The notes beneath the pieces were generated by a model, which worked only from the letters and a program-made list of their open reading frames with translations, was not told where the DNA came from and ran no database searches. The position numbers were made by a program, and so were the translations under genes. A DNA stretch of 64,000 nucleotides, taken from assembly GCA_017535665.1 (NCBI GenBank), contig JAFXTS010000011.1, positions 12,399-76,398 on the forward strand, given 5' to 3'. Shown here piece by piece: positions 35,404-44,314 of the stretch; positions within the stretch are counted from its first letter, which is position 1; each line of letters starts with the position of its first letter. This DNA is from Bacteroidales bacterium. GTDB lineage: Bacteria > Bacteroidota > Bacteroidia > Bacteroidales > WCHB1-69.

Positions 35404-36528
35404 TTACTTGAAGCAATTGTTCATTCCCCAATTGAAGCGATAACCGTACTTTTCTGCAAAACTTGCTTTTGCACGCTCCACATGTAGCGGAATAATCCAG
35501 TATTGCTTGCGCAATGCGTCGGTTTCATCTTCCGGCATAAAGTATTTTTTGAAAAAATCAGCTTGGCTAAAGTTCCCTATTCTAAAGAACAAAGTAGAAT
35601 ATTTTCCGCAATCGCATTTTTCAGTGTGCATACGACTCTGATCAATCAAAACCGTATACTCTCGAGGATGGAGATTGCCTTTTGCAATTTCATCATAAAT
35701 ATTTAAGAACACCTTGAACGGACAAGGATTGTGAACCATATAAATAGCTGCTGCTGTTTGGCCCAAATACCAGTAAGAAAGTTCTGGACAATCCATTTCA
35801 TTAGTATTGTCTTTCACCCATATTGTATCCCCGGTCTCCAAAACCATTGGAGTTAACGGTTTGAGCGGAGCAAGACACAAACTATCCGCGCTTTTAAATA
35901 CCAATTGATTGTAATTCAAATCATTATTATTCAGATTTTTATACAATAAAGAGTCATTAATTCCTATAATTTTAGCCCCAGGATAGCCATATTCATTAAT
36001 TTTTTGCAATAACTCCTCATCCCATTTTGCAAAATGTTCTTCATACATTCTATTTGGATCTGGAGAGCGCCGGTATTTCAATTCTTCTAATGAAAAATGG
36101 TATAACCAAGCTAAATAATCTTGATTAATAGTGGCAAGGTAGGCCTGTCGTGTTTTTTTCCCATCATCGCTTTTGAAATATTCAAGGAATTCTTTTTTTA
36201 CTGTCATTTTTTTCCAAGCAGGAATATAAGACAAATGCGCTGGCCTCAAACCATAACCAACTCCCCTTTTCAAATATTTCATATAGTCACGATGATAGAA
36301 ATGTGCCAACTGCGCAGCATTCATCAGGTCGTGTACATAATTAAACTCAAAGTTGTTGAAGGCCTGGTCGTAATATTGGAAGCCAGCATCAATCTTGTTG
36401 CTATCAAAAATGGCGCACTCGGCTTTGTAAATCAGCTCGTGGTAATGCCAGTAGTTGGTGTCCTGCTGTGCCTTGGCGGGCAGGCACGCGCCAAAGACAA
36501 GGGTAATGGAGAGAAGGAGGTGTTTCAT
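35404..36528 (-). CDS. hypothetical secreted protein, family X copy 1 (paralog of 42404..43546)
   Basis: Signal peptide. The N-terminal 130 aa or so are about 75 percent identical by eye to copy 2 (AQQDTNYWHYHELIYKAEC...GFQYYDQAFNNFEFNYVHDL). They share the C-terminus LRKQYWIIPL.VERAK..F.E..GYRFNWG..NCFK. Confidence 0.7.
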   Translation of the reverse strand: MKHLLLSITLVFGACLPAKAQQDTNYWHYHELIYKAECAIFDSNKIDAGFQYYDQAFNNFEFNYVHDLMNAAQLAHFYHRDYMKYLKRGVGYGLRPAHLSYIPAWKKMTVKKEFLEYFKSDDGKKTRQAYLATINQDYLAWLYHFSLEELKYRRSPDPNRMYEEHFAKWDEELLQKINEYGYPGAKIIGINDSLLYKNLNNNDLNYNQLVFKSADSLCLAPLKPLTPMVLETGDTIWVKDNTNEMDCPELSYWYLGQTAAAIYMVHNPCPFKVFLNIYDEIAKGNLHPREYTVLIDQSRMHTEKCDCGKYSTLFFRIGNFSQADFFKKYFMPEDETDALRKQYWIIPLHVERAKASFAEKYGYRFNWGMNNCFK

Positions 36529-36608
36529 AGGGGTATGGTTTTAGGGGTTAATAATGTAACGGGGATATTTCCCCTTTTATTTTAGAAGGGAAACTGTTCG
36601 CTGGAAAC

Positions 36609-36667
36609 CTTCTACCTTCTACTTTTCAATTTTCAATTCTCAATTTTCAATTCTCAATTCTCAATTT
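36609..36667. repeat. heptamer tandem array (TTTTCAA/TTCTCAA, about 7 units)
   Basis: acttttcaattttcaattctcaattttcaattctcaattctcaattt lies immediately downstream of the stop at 36669. Confidence 0.85.
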
Positions 36668-36668
36668 A

Positions 36669-39119
36669 CTACTCTCCCGGCTGCCCCATTCCGCCGCCAC
36701 CTTGGCTGGCCTTGCTCTCCAACTCCATCTTTCCGAAACGGAACGTGATGCCCGCGCTGATGGTTCGGCTGATGGACTTCGAGGTGGAAAAATACTGGTA
36801 ATAAGGGTTGGTCCCTTCGTTCTTGCTGGCATTCCAGTTGAAGATGTCGTTCACGTTGAGGTGTACTGAAATCTTGCGGTTGAGGAAGTCGGCGCGCAAC
36901 CCGCAGTTGATACCGTAGCGCGGCTTCGTGACTGTAAACAGGCTGACACTCTTGGAACTGTAGTAGGCAGTGGCGTGGACTTCCAGCACCTTCCACAATT
37001 TGGCCCAGAAATTGAGGCGGAAACTGTAACCGAGGTTGTCGATCTTGGTCGGCTCGGTACCGTTGCGGAAGTTGAATTCCGATTTGTCATAGTGGATATT
37101 CCCGTAAAAACGGATGTTCATGAACGCTTTGAGACGGTAGGTGACATTCAACTCCGCCCCCGTGTTCATCGTCTTGCCGGCGTTCAGCGGCATGCTGAAG
37201 TTGACAATTCGCCCGAAAACGTCACTGTAGGCTACATCGCTCAGGTCGTAGATTTCGTTGTTGGAATGTTTGTAGTAGGCACTGATGCCCACCGAGCCAA
37301 ACTTCTCGAAAAACTTGGTCCAGCCTGCCTCAACCGAATGAGTGAAAGTCTGCTTCAGGCCGGGATTTCCAATGCTATAACTCTCTTCGTCATAACTGAT
37401 GAAGGTGGTTAGTTGTTCGGCGTAAGGATTCTGTACCCGCCGTGTGTAGCTCAACTTGAAGTTGTGCATCGACTCGGTGCGGTAACTCAGATGCAACGAT
37501 GGATACAAGCTCCAGTAGGATTTTTTCACATTGTCGGCTAAGGAGTTGAGGATGCGGTAGTCGAAACACTCGTATTCGCTGCGGAGTCCGCCCTTCAGGG
37601 TGAAATTGCCGAACTTGTGCTGGAGGGTGGCATAGGCAGTAAAACTGTAGTTGCGTTCTTCGCTGTCTTGCAATCGCAACGAATCAATCTGGTAGTCCTG
37701 GAGGGTGCCAGCCAAAAGCGTGTCCTGCCGGATGACCTCCGAAGCAAAGTTGTAGTAGCCGTCCACCCCTACCGACAACTCGCCGTTCTTATGGTACGGA
37801 TAGGTATAATCTATACTGGCATATACATTGTACATGCTGCTGGTAGCACCCGATTTCTTATTCCGGTTTAGATAGGTCTGTTTGTCGTATTCCCGAATGA
37901 AATACCGCTTGGCATTGTAATAATAGGTGTTGCCGCTGAGGTCGGCACTGATTTTATGTCCTTCCTTTTTGAATTTGTGTTCATAATAGATGCCTCCGTA
38001 TCCGCCACCGCCTCCATACTGGCTGCCCTCGGCAGATTCGTAGGAATAGACATCGGGATTGTAAAGATACTCTGAACGCAAAGTTTGGGTGCTGGTTGAC
38101 GACTTTCCCCATGACGGGTAGCCACCCGCCCAGAAACTGATGCTGTTCAGGGTGTCGAACTCATAGTCACCATTGAAGTAGAAGCCGCTGGAAACCGAAT
38201 GACGCCGTTGCAAGCTAGTTCCCCACGTCGCCGAGGAAGTGTCCATCTGTTCGTTGAAACGGAGGGCTCTTGACTGCGTACTCGTCTTTTGGAATGAATA
38301 GTAGGCGTTGATGTAGAAGTTGAGCGACAGTTTGTTGTTGCTCCACACATACGAAACCCACGGTCTCACATCGGGTTGGGAGGAACCGCTTATGCCAAAA
38401 CTGACAAAGCTGTTCTTCTTGATTTTGGAAGAGGTGACGATGTTGATGATGCCGCCGGTCCCCTTGGCGCTGTACCGTGCCGACGGGTTGGTGATGACCT
38501 CAATCCGTTCCAACGAGTTGGCGGGAAGTTGCTGGATGAAGGTTTTCAGCCCCTCTTCGTTGAGGTGCGACGGTTTGTCGTTGATCCAGATCTCCACGGA
38601 GGAGACGCCGCGAAGGGTGATGTTGCCTTCCACGTCCACCTCCACACCCGGCGCGTTCTGGAGCGCGTCGGAGGCGGTGCCCGTCTGCACCGATGGGTCT
38701 TCCGACACGTTGTAGAGCGTTTTCTCGCCGTCCACCATATAGACGGACTTGGTGGCGGTCACCGAAATTCCTTCGAGCGCGGTACTTATATTTTTCATGC
38801 TAATGGTGCCGAGATCTACGGTGGACCTCCCTGCTGGCACTGTAATGGGAAGGTCCAGCGTTTCGTAGCCCAGATACGAAGCTCTCAGCAGGTAGCTGCC
38901 GGACGGAACACTGGAAATGGAAAAGCTGCCGTCAGCCTCGGTGTAAGCTACCCCCATCTCCTGCATGGTCGAATCGGTCGTGACAATGCCAACACTGACA
39001 TAAAACAACTTGTCTTGGTTCAAACTGTCCACGAGCGTTCCCTTGACGGTGGTCTGCGCCAGCAACGCACTGGAAGTCAGTGTGATAGACATGATTAGCA
39101 ATAAATGGAATCGTGTCAT
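36669..39119 (-). CDS. TonB-dependent-receptor-like outer-membrane barrel with carboxypeptidase-regulatory-like domain (copy 2)
   Basis: Same architecture as 25477..27930 and collinear similarity throughout. Confidence 0.8.
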   Translation of the reverse strand: MTRFHLLLIMSITLTSSALLAQTTVKGTLVDSLNQDKLFYVSVGIVTTDSTMQEMGVAYTEADGSFSISSVPSGSYLLRASYLGYETLDLPITVPAGRSTVDLGTISMKNISTALEGISVTATKSVYMVDGEKTLYNVSEDPSVQTGTASDALQNAPGVEVDVEGNITLRGVSSVEIWINDKPSHLNEEGLKTFIQQLPANSLERIEVITNPSARYSAKGTGGIINIVTSSKIKKNSFVSFGISGSSQPDVRPWVSYVWSNNKLSLNFYINAYYSFQKTSTQSRALRFNEQMDTSSATWGTSLQRRHSVSSGFYFNGDYEFDTLNSISFWAGGYPSWGKSSTSTQTLRSEYLYNPDVYSYESAEGSQYGGGGGYGGIYYEHKFKKEGHKISADLSGNTYYYNAKRYFIREYDKQTYLNRNKKSGATSSMYNVYASIDYTYPYHKNGELSVGVDGYYNFASEVIRQDTLLAGTLQDYQIDSLRLQDSEERNYSFTAYATLQHKFGNFTLKGGLRSEYECFDYRILNSLADNVKKSYWSLYPSLHLSYRTESMHNFKLSYTRRVQNPYAEQLTTFISYDEESYSIGNPGLKQTFTHSVEAGWTKFFEKFGSVGISAYYKHSNNEIYDLSDVAYSDVFGRIVNFSMPLNAGKTMNTGAELNVTYRLKAFMNIRFYGNIHYDKSEFNFRNGTEPTKIDNLGYSFRLNFWAKLWKVLEVHATAYYSSKSVSLFTVTKPRYGINCGLRADFLNRKISVHLNVNDIFNWNASKNEGTNPYYQYFSTSKSISRTISAGITFRFGKMELESKASQGGGGMGQPGE

Positions 39120-39163
39120 ATTCGATTGTTTTTTAGATACAAAAAAACTATTCGAGCGATGTT

Positions 39164-39195
39164 TACCCCCTCACAGCGACAAAGTGAACCCTCAC
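39164..39195 (-). promoter_or_regulatory. motif-1 direct-repeat pair (21-bp phase) upstream of barrel copy 2, overlapping the stop codon of the sigma-fusion gene
   Basis: Minus sense reads GTGAGGGTTCACtttgtcgctGTGAGGGGGTAA. ccctcac occurs at 39068+100 (39168-74) and at 39189-95, an offset of 21 nt. The ATG is at 39119. Confidence 0.55.
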
Positions 39196-41051
39196 TTTGT
39201 CACCACATCGGCTCCACCTGTAATTTTAACATTGCACCCACAGGTTCCGTCCAAGAGGTAAACCGTTCCCGTTTTCGGGACATATACGTCGGTCTTGCCG
39301 ACACCTTTCTGCGTGATGTAAGCGGTAGATGCTGTCAAACCACTTGCTTTAATGTTACCCACCCCTTCATTCTCCACAATCAGGTTGTCTGCCCTCCCTC
39401 GCACGGAAATTGCGCCAGTATCCCTGTTTTTGATTGTCAAAATAGTAACATCCAATACTTTAAGCGAAATATTCCCCACACTCAAATTCTGTACATTCAC
39501 TTTCGATGTTTTGCCTTTCACCATCTTTTCGGTCGCCTTTATGCTGCCCGTACCTTTGTTTTTGATAGTCAAAGTGTCATAACATACATACCGCACATCA
39601 ATGCTCCCTATGTCGTTATTTCCCAAAACCAAATTCTTCTTTGCCACCAGACCATCACATTTGAAGCTGCCAATGCCATGGTTGGTGACGGTGAATGAAT
39701 CCTCATTTATTTCGCGGGCGGTCACGTTGCCCGGACCTTTCAGTGTCACTTCTTTCAGATGTGGCGTGTATATCGTGACGGAAATGGGCGAGCCGGTTTT
39801 GGGAGCCCCCTGCTTGAGAGAGACGGTAAGGTTTCTGTCCAAAACTTCAAAGGTCTTAGGGTCTATCACGTCTACAAATTCCGTGCGCACATAGTCCATC
39901 ACGTTGGAATCTGCCGCTATGTAAGCAGTGGATTCATCTCCGCGTGCTATAATGACGTCAATAGGGGAGGAAACAGTTAGCGAGGTGAAGGGGTCCAACG
40001 TCCGTTTTTGGGAAACCCTCCCGCTGTTGTCCAAAATTTGGAAATTGTTGAAATCGATTGCATCAAGGCTGGATTGGGAAGGTATGTTTTCTTCGCTGGG
40101 GCAGGGTGTTTCGGACAACGGGGGTGTTTTTTTTGCGGGATGGTCGGGGATATTTCCCGTCTCTACTGTGGCATGCGCCGTCTCTGCCATGGTTGTATCA
40201 ACCGCCGTTTCCACCGTATCCACCACCACGCCAATCGAATCATGCATTTCATTTGTTGACAACGGGTTATGTTGTTCTGTCGGTGCTGCGGGTTGCAGGA
40301 CGATGAGGGTGCCCGAAACCGCAACGGCCGCAATTCCCGCGGTGGCGGTGGCGATGGCGGGGACTTTCGCGGCGGAAATGGCCATCCACGCGCTCGGTTT
40401 CGGGACGGCGGCCCAGTTGACCCCTGCCAACGGGGAGGTTTGGGCGGGTGCAAAAGCCAAGTGCTGGAGCTTGGCACGGCAAAGACGGTCGATGGCGTGC
40501 GCCTTGTGAGGGATAAAGGGCAAAAGTATCATAAGAAGGGATTTTTTTCGTTTGTGGGTGTTGGTTAGCATTGCCTGGAGTTGTGTCCGCGCTTCCGACA
40601 GATAGCGTTTGGAACTCCGCTCTCCAATTTTCAGTGTTTCTGCAATTTGTGAATGTTTCTGTTTTTCAAATACATATAGGTTGAAAACGGCCCGTTGCTT
40701 GTCGGGAAGGGCACAGATGGCTTCCAAAATTTCCTGTTCGGTGAAGTCTGCCGCCGGCAATGGCTCTTCCTCTGTTTCCAGACCGTCGTCACAAATATTC
40801 ATGTCGTCAACCGACTGGAAATGAGGTTGTTTGCGCAGATAATCCAGTGTATTGTTGAGGTTGATGCGCATAAGCCACGCCTCGAAACTGCCGAAGTTGT
40901 GGTACTGCTCCGACTTTTCGATGGCCTTGAGGAAGGCCTCGTGCGCGAGGTCCTCCGCCACGGAGCGGTTGCCCACATAGCGGTAGCACACACCGATCAT
41001 CTTGCCGATGTTCTTCTGGTAGGTTCGTGTCCAAAACTGCTGTGCCTGCAT
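39192..41051 (-). CDS. single-polypeptide ECF sigma factor / transmembrane linker / extracytoplasmic GIN (DUF2807-like) beta-repeat domain
   Basis: Sigma region 2 (DLAHEAFLKAIEKSEQYH..GSFEAWLMRINLNNTLDYLRK) and region 4 (LPDKQRAVFNLYVFEKQKHSQIAETLKIGERSSKRYLSEARTQL). A TM follows (VPAIATATAGIAAVAVSGTLIVL), then a Pro/Thr linker. The C-terminal 300 aa or so have G.G.I / V.G.G repeat strands typical of DUF2807. Confidence 0.7.
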   Translation of the reverse strand: MQAQQFWTRTYQKNIGKMIGVCYRYVGNRSVAEDLAHEAFLKAIEKSEQYHNFGSFEAWLMRINLNNTLDYLRKQPHFQSVDDMNICDDGLETEEEPLPAADFTEQEILEAICALPDKQRAVFNLYVFEKQKHSQIAETLKIGERSSKRYLSEARTQLQAMLTNTHKRKKSLLMILLPFIPHKAHAIDRLCRAKLQHLAFAPAQTSPLAGVNWAAVPKPSAWMAISAAKVPAIATATAGIAAVAVSGTLIVLQPAAPTEQHNPLSTNEMHDSIGVVVDTVETAVDTTMAETAHATVETGNIPDHPAKKTPPLSETPCPSEENIPSQSSLDAIDFNNFQILDNSGRVSQKRTLDPFTSLTVSSPIDVIIARGDESTAYIAADSNVMDYVRTEFVDVIDPKTFEVLDRNLTVSLKQGAPKTGSPISVTIYTPHLKEVTLKGPGNVTAREINEDSFTVTNHGIGSFKCDGLVAKKNLVLGNNDIGSIDVRYVCYDTLTIKNKGTGSIKATEKMVKGKTSKVNVQNLSVGNISLKVLDVTILTIKNRDTGAISVRGRADNLIVENEGVGNIKASGLTASTAYITQKGVGKTDVYVPKTGTVYLLDGTCGCNVKITGGADVVTK

Positions 41052-41128
41052 ATCGTATTTTAATGTATAACGTGGAAATCGGAAAAGGGGCCAACGTTAT
41101 TTGAAAAAAATATTATATTGTAAAACAA

Positions 41129-42172
41129 TCAGTTGAGGATGATGTACTCCCCTTTAACCTCCCCTTTGTCAATCTTTTCCCTGAGGTTCCGCGCGTCCGT
41201 TTCCGGATCGGCGGTGGCGAGGTTCGACCGCGGGAAGAAATAAAACTCACATTGCTCACTATACACATACTTGGCCTTTTTTACCGTTTCCTCCCACGTT
41301 TCCGCACAAAAAACCTTGTGCCGGTTCCGATGAATCTTTTTCAGATTGTCGGGGGTGAGGATGAAAAGCGTATTCCCTATCTGATAAACGTTATGTATGG
41401 CATACTCGTCGTATCTTTTTTTGCCGGGAGCAGATGCGTTGCAGAGATCCGAGGTCTGCATGTAGTCGCGAACGTTCAGGTTTCCCTTCCGCACCTCTTT
41501 ATACCATGTTTTGGAGAGTGGAAAGCCCCGTTTGTAGGCGTTGTGTCGAAAAACGAGGCCCAAGTGCTCCACAGCGATGCCCGCCGTATAGACATTCACG
41601 AGAGGATATTTCTTATATAGCTGCTTGATTCTCTGTAAGTTGTTGTAATCCACGCTGTCCAATATCCGTTCAAGTTCTTTGTCGTCTGCGGAGCACAAGC
41701 TATTTTTCCGCACGGCTTGGTCGGAGGCGAGGATGTCCTCTATTTCATCGTGCAAATCAGGGATGATGGTCTTTTTGCAGTTGAGGTACAGCGTCTTCGC
41801 CGTTTGGTACAGGTCGGCATCCTTGATTGTGTCGTCGATAAAATCGGCGGGTTCTTCGCCCGAGCGGATGAGCGCATAGATGCAGATGAACGCGCGGTCG
41901 GTGTTTCGCAGGAATTCCGTATTGACCCGAAACGCAAAAATGGCATCCTTGCGGAACGGAAGGTGGCAGGTGAACGCCTCGTCATAGCAGTCGGAGGCCC
42001 GCTGGAAGTTGCTGTCGCAGATGGCCAACTCGGCCTGGTTGACCCAGTAGTTGTACTGTTTCACACTTGCGGGTTTGAACTGGACGCTTGCGTCATACTG
42101 CTTGCCAATGGTCTGGCATAACCCGTTAAAAAGCGTGCTCAAGATGCACAGAATAAGGAGGATCTTTTTCAT
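41129..42172 (-). CDS. hypothetical secreted protein, family Y copy 2
   Basis: The start is moved to the internal MKKILLILCILSTLFNGLCQ, which is a signal peptide. The 69 upstream codons of the listed ORF lie in AT-rich non-coding-looking DNA. Confidence 0.65.
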   Translation of the reverse strand: MKKILLILCILSTLFNGLCQTIGKQYDASVQFKPASVKQYNYWVNQAELAICDSNFQRASDCYDEAFTCHLPFRKDAIFAFRVNTEFLRNTDRAFICIYALIRSGEEPADFIDDTIKDADLYQTAKTLYLNCKKTIIPDLHDEIEDILASDQAVRKNSLCSADDKELERILDSVDYNNLQRIKQLYKKYPLVNVYTAGIAVEHLGLVFRHNAYKRGFPLSKTWYKEVRKGNLNVRDYMQTSDLCNASAPGKKRYDEYAIHNVYQIGNTLFILTPDNLKKIHRNRHKVFCAETWEETVKKAKYVYSEQCEFYFFPRSNLATADPETDARNLREKIDKGEVKGEYIILN

Positions 42173-42403
42173 ATCGTTAATAAATTGTCGTGTCTCTATT
42201 CGAGAGAAAGACGTGTTTTTTTTCAGAAAGTGCCAAATAAAAAGAGAACTGTGGATAATGGAGTGTTTTTTTAACGATAAAAGCCGCTGATTTATTGGAC
42301 TTTTGATTAAAATTTCTAAGTGAACAAACAAAATGTTTTGCCATGAAACATTATTTATACATATTGTCCCGCTCGGCAAAAAAATAGTACTCTATTCCCC
42401 CCC

Positions 42404-43546
42404 TCACTTGAAACAATTATGGTTCCCCCAGTTGAAACGGTAGCCGTGTTCCTCACCGAAATCCGTTTTCGCCCGTTCCACCCGTAGCGGTATAATCCAG
42501 TATTGCTTCCGCAATGCATCAGTCTCATCTTCAGCAAGAAAGAGGTCTGCAAAAATATCTTGATCACCGCCACCTATGCGAAAAAAACAATTGGCATACT
42601 GACCGCAATCACATTCTAATTCGCCAGCAGAATTAGGCGTGTGAGATTCATCAATTATGTAGGCAAATTCTCGTGGATGGAGATTCCCTTTGGCTATTTC
42701 ATCATTGATAAATGCAAAATTTCGCAATGGGCATTTGTGAATTCTTAAATAGGTAATGGGGAAATGTTGTGACAGACACTCGTCGTCCAGTTCGAAACAA
42801 ACATATTCTGATTCCACTATCCTCATCCAAATGGTATCTGTGCCAAATACATACGGTTTCGGGAGAGTGTCGAGCGTAGCACATAAACTATCGGCACTTA
42901 TTTGCACCAAATAATTGAAATTCAAATCTTTGTTCTTTAATTCCTTGTAAAGGAGAGAGTCATCAATGCCCACTTGTTTAGTGCCAGGATACCCTGATTC
43001 TGTAATTTTTTGCGCCAACTCTTTGTCCCATTCGACGCATCTCTGACAATATTCAGCAAAGGAAGTTTTTCGACGTATTTTTTCCGCAGTTAAAGAAAAC
43101 TGGTACAACCACGCCAGATATTCCTGATTGATGGTGGTGAGATATTGTTGCCTGATGGTTTGTCCCTCAGTACTTTGGAAATATTCAAGAAATTCTTGTG
43201 CGACGGTCTGTTCCTGCCAGACAGGAATAAAGTTCAGGTTTGCGGGGTGCAGCCCGTAGCCGACGGCCTTCTTCAGATATTTCATATAATCACGATGGTA
43301 GTAGTGCGCCAGCTGTGCCGCATTCACCAAATCGTGTACGTAGTTGAACTCAAAATTGTTGAAGGCTTGGTCGTAATATTGGAAACCCTGTTCCACATTT
43401 ATGTTGCTGTCGAACAGAACGCACTCGGCTTTGTAAATCAACTCGTGGTAATGCCAGTAGTTGGTGTCCTGCTGTGCCTTGGCGGACCGGCACGCGCCAA
43501 CGACAGCAACGACGACAAAGGAAATGGATAGGAGGATGTGTTCCAT
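42404..43546 (-). CDS. hypothetical secreted protein, family X copy 2
   Basis: Signal peptide and strong similarity to 35404..36528. Confidence 0.7.
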   Translation of the reverse strand: MEHILLSISFVVVAVVGACRSAKAQQDTNYWHYHELIYKAECVLFDSNINVEQGFQYYDQAFNNFEFNYVHDLVNAAQLAHYYHRDYMKYLKKAVGYGLHPANLNFIPVWQEQTVAQEFLEYFQSTEGQTIRQQYLTTINQEYLAWLYQFSLTAEKIRRKTSFAEYCQRCVEWDKELAQKITESGYPGTKQVGIDDSLLYKELKNKDLNFNYLVQISADSLCATLDTLPKPYVFGTDTIWMRIVESEYVCFELDDECLSQHFPITYLRIHKCPLRNFAFINDEIAKGNLHPREFAYIIDESHTPNSAGELECDCGQYANCFFRIGGGDQDIFADLFLAEDETDALRKQYWIIPLRVERAKTDFGEEHGYRFNWGNHNCFK

Positions 43547-43626
43547 AAGGGGCGGGGGATTTTTTTGTAAAAAGTTGGTTTTGAAGGAGGTGGTATAGAA
43601 ATAACGATAGTTTTCGCAATTTATTT

Positions 43627-43658
43627 TTCAGTGAAATATATAAATTGTTCAGCGAAAT
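43627..43658 (-). promoter_or_regulatory. pair of motif-2 direct repeats phased at 21 bp, upstream of family X copy 2
   Basis: On the plus strand, ttcagtgaaat at 43627 and ttcagcgaaat at 43648. In minus sense this reads TATTTCGCTGAA-N9-TATTTCACTGAA. It lies 81-112 nt upstream of the ATG at 43546. Confidence 0.55.
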
Positions 43659-43684
43659 AAACATTGAATGACCGCTTCGCGCCC

Positions 43685-44311
43685 CTACTGGCGGTTTCCC
43701 TCCGTGCGGTACGTGAACTTGTCGAAACGCTCAAAGCCGTAGGCTTGCAGCTGCTCCACGCTCCACGCCCGGTCGTCGTCGGTGTTGTAGTCGGGGATGA
43801 GCGGCACGCGCACCACCACCTGCTGGGTGGGGAAGTGGCCCGCAAGGTGTTCCAGATTCCGCAGGAGCCGTGTGATTGGCTGGCCGGTGTACTGCTGGTA
43901 AATCTCGGGATGCAGGTCTTTGATGTCCACGATGAAGGCATTCACATGGGGCAGCACCGCCTGCAGGTTCTCCTCCGGCACGTTGAGGGAGGTTTCAAGG
44001 GTGAGCTGCCAGTCGGCGCCGCACAACTCGCGGAAACGGATGAGGTAGTCGGGGCGCAGCAGCGGCTCGCCACCGCCGAAACAAACCCCGCCACCGGTGG
44101 CCAGAAAGTACAGCTGGTCGATGCGTACCTCCTCGTAAAGCTGCTCCGGCGTCAGACAGCGCAACCGCTCCGCCGAACCCAGACAGGAGGGGTTCAGACA
44201 GTAGCGGCAGTGCAGCGGACAGCCGTGGAAGGCCGCCAAAGTGGTCACCCCGTCGCCATCAATGCCGATGCGATGCCGTATAATACCGATGAATGGAGCC
44301 GCTTGCAACAT
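43685..44311 (-). CDS. small radical-SAM enzyme of the glycyl-radical-activase-like type (copy 1)
   Basis: GVTTLAAFHGCPLHCRYCLNP carries a CxxxCxxC cluster motif. GGGVCFGGGEPLL is a SAM-binding-like block. At 208 aa it has no SPASM extension. Confidence 0.8.
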   Translation of the reverse strand: MLQAAPFIGIIRHRIGIDGDGVTTLAAFHGCPLHCRYCLNPSCLGSAERLRCLTPEQLYEEVRIDQLYFLATGGGVCFGGGEPLLRPDYLIRFRELCGADWQLTLETSLNVPEENLQAVLPHVNAFIVDIKDLHPEIYQQYTGQPITRLLRNLEHLAGHFPTQQVVVRVPLIPDYNTDDDRAWSVEQLQAYGFERFDKFTYRTEGNRQ

Positions 44312-44314
44312 GTT

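Noticed and set aside
38376-39098. 240-aa plus-strand ORF (and 25672..26301) opposite the TonB-type barrel genes
   Set aside because: These are shadow ORFs. The minus frames show the plug and beta-barrel pattern and are conserved between the two paralogs at the protein level.
41129-42379. Extended N-termini of listed ORFs (also 10741..11841, 22442..23188, 44315..44890, 24707..25417, 58569..60401)
   Set aside because: The extensions run through intergenic repeats or AT-rich DNA, or overlap the preceding gene. Internal Met codons give proper signal peptides or family-typical N-termini.
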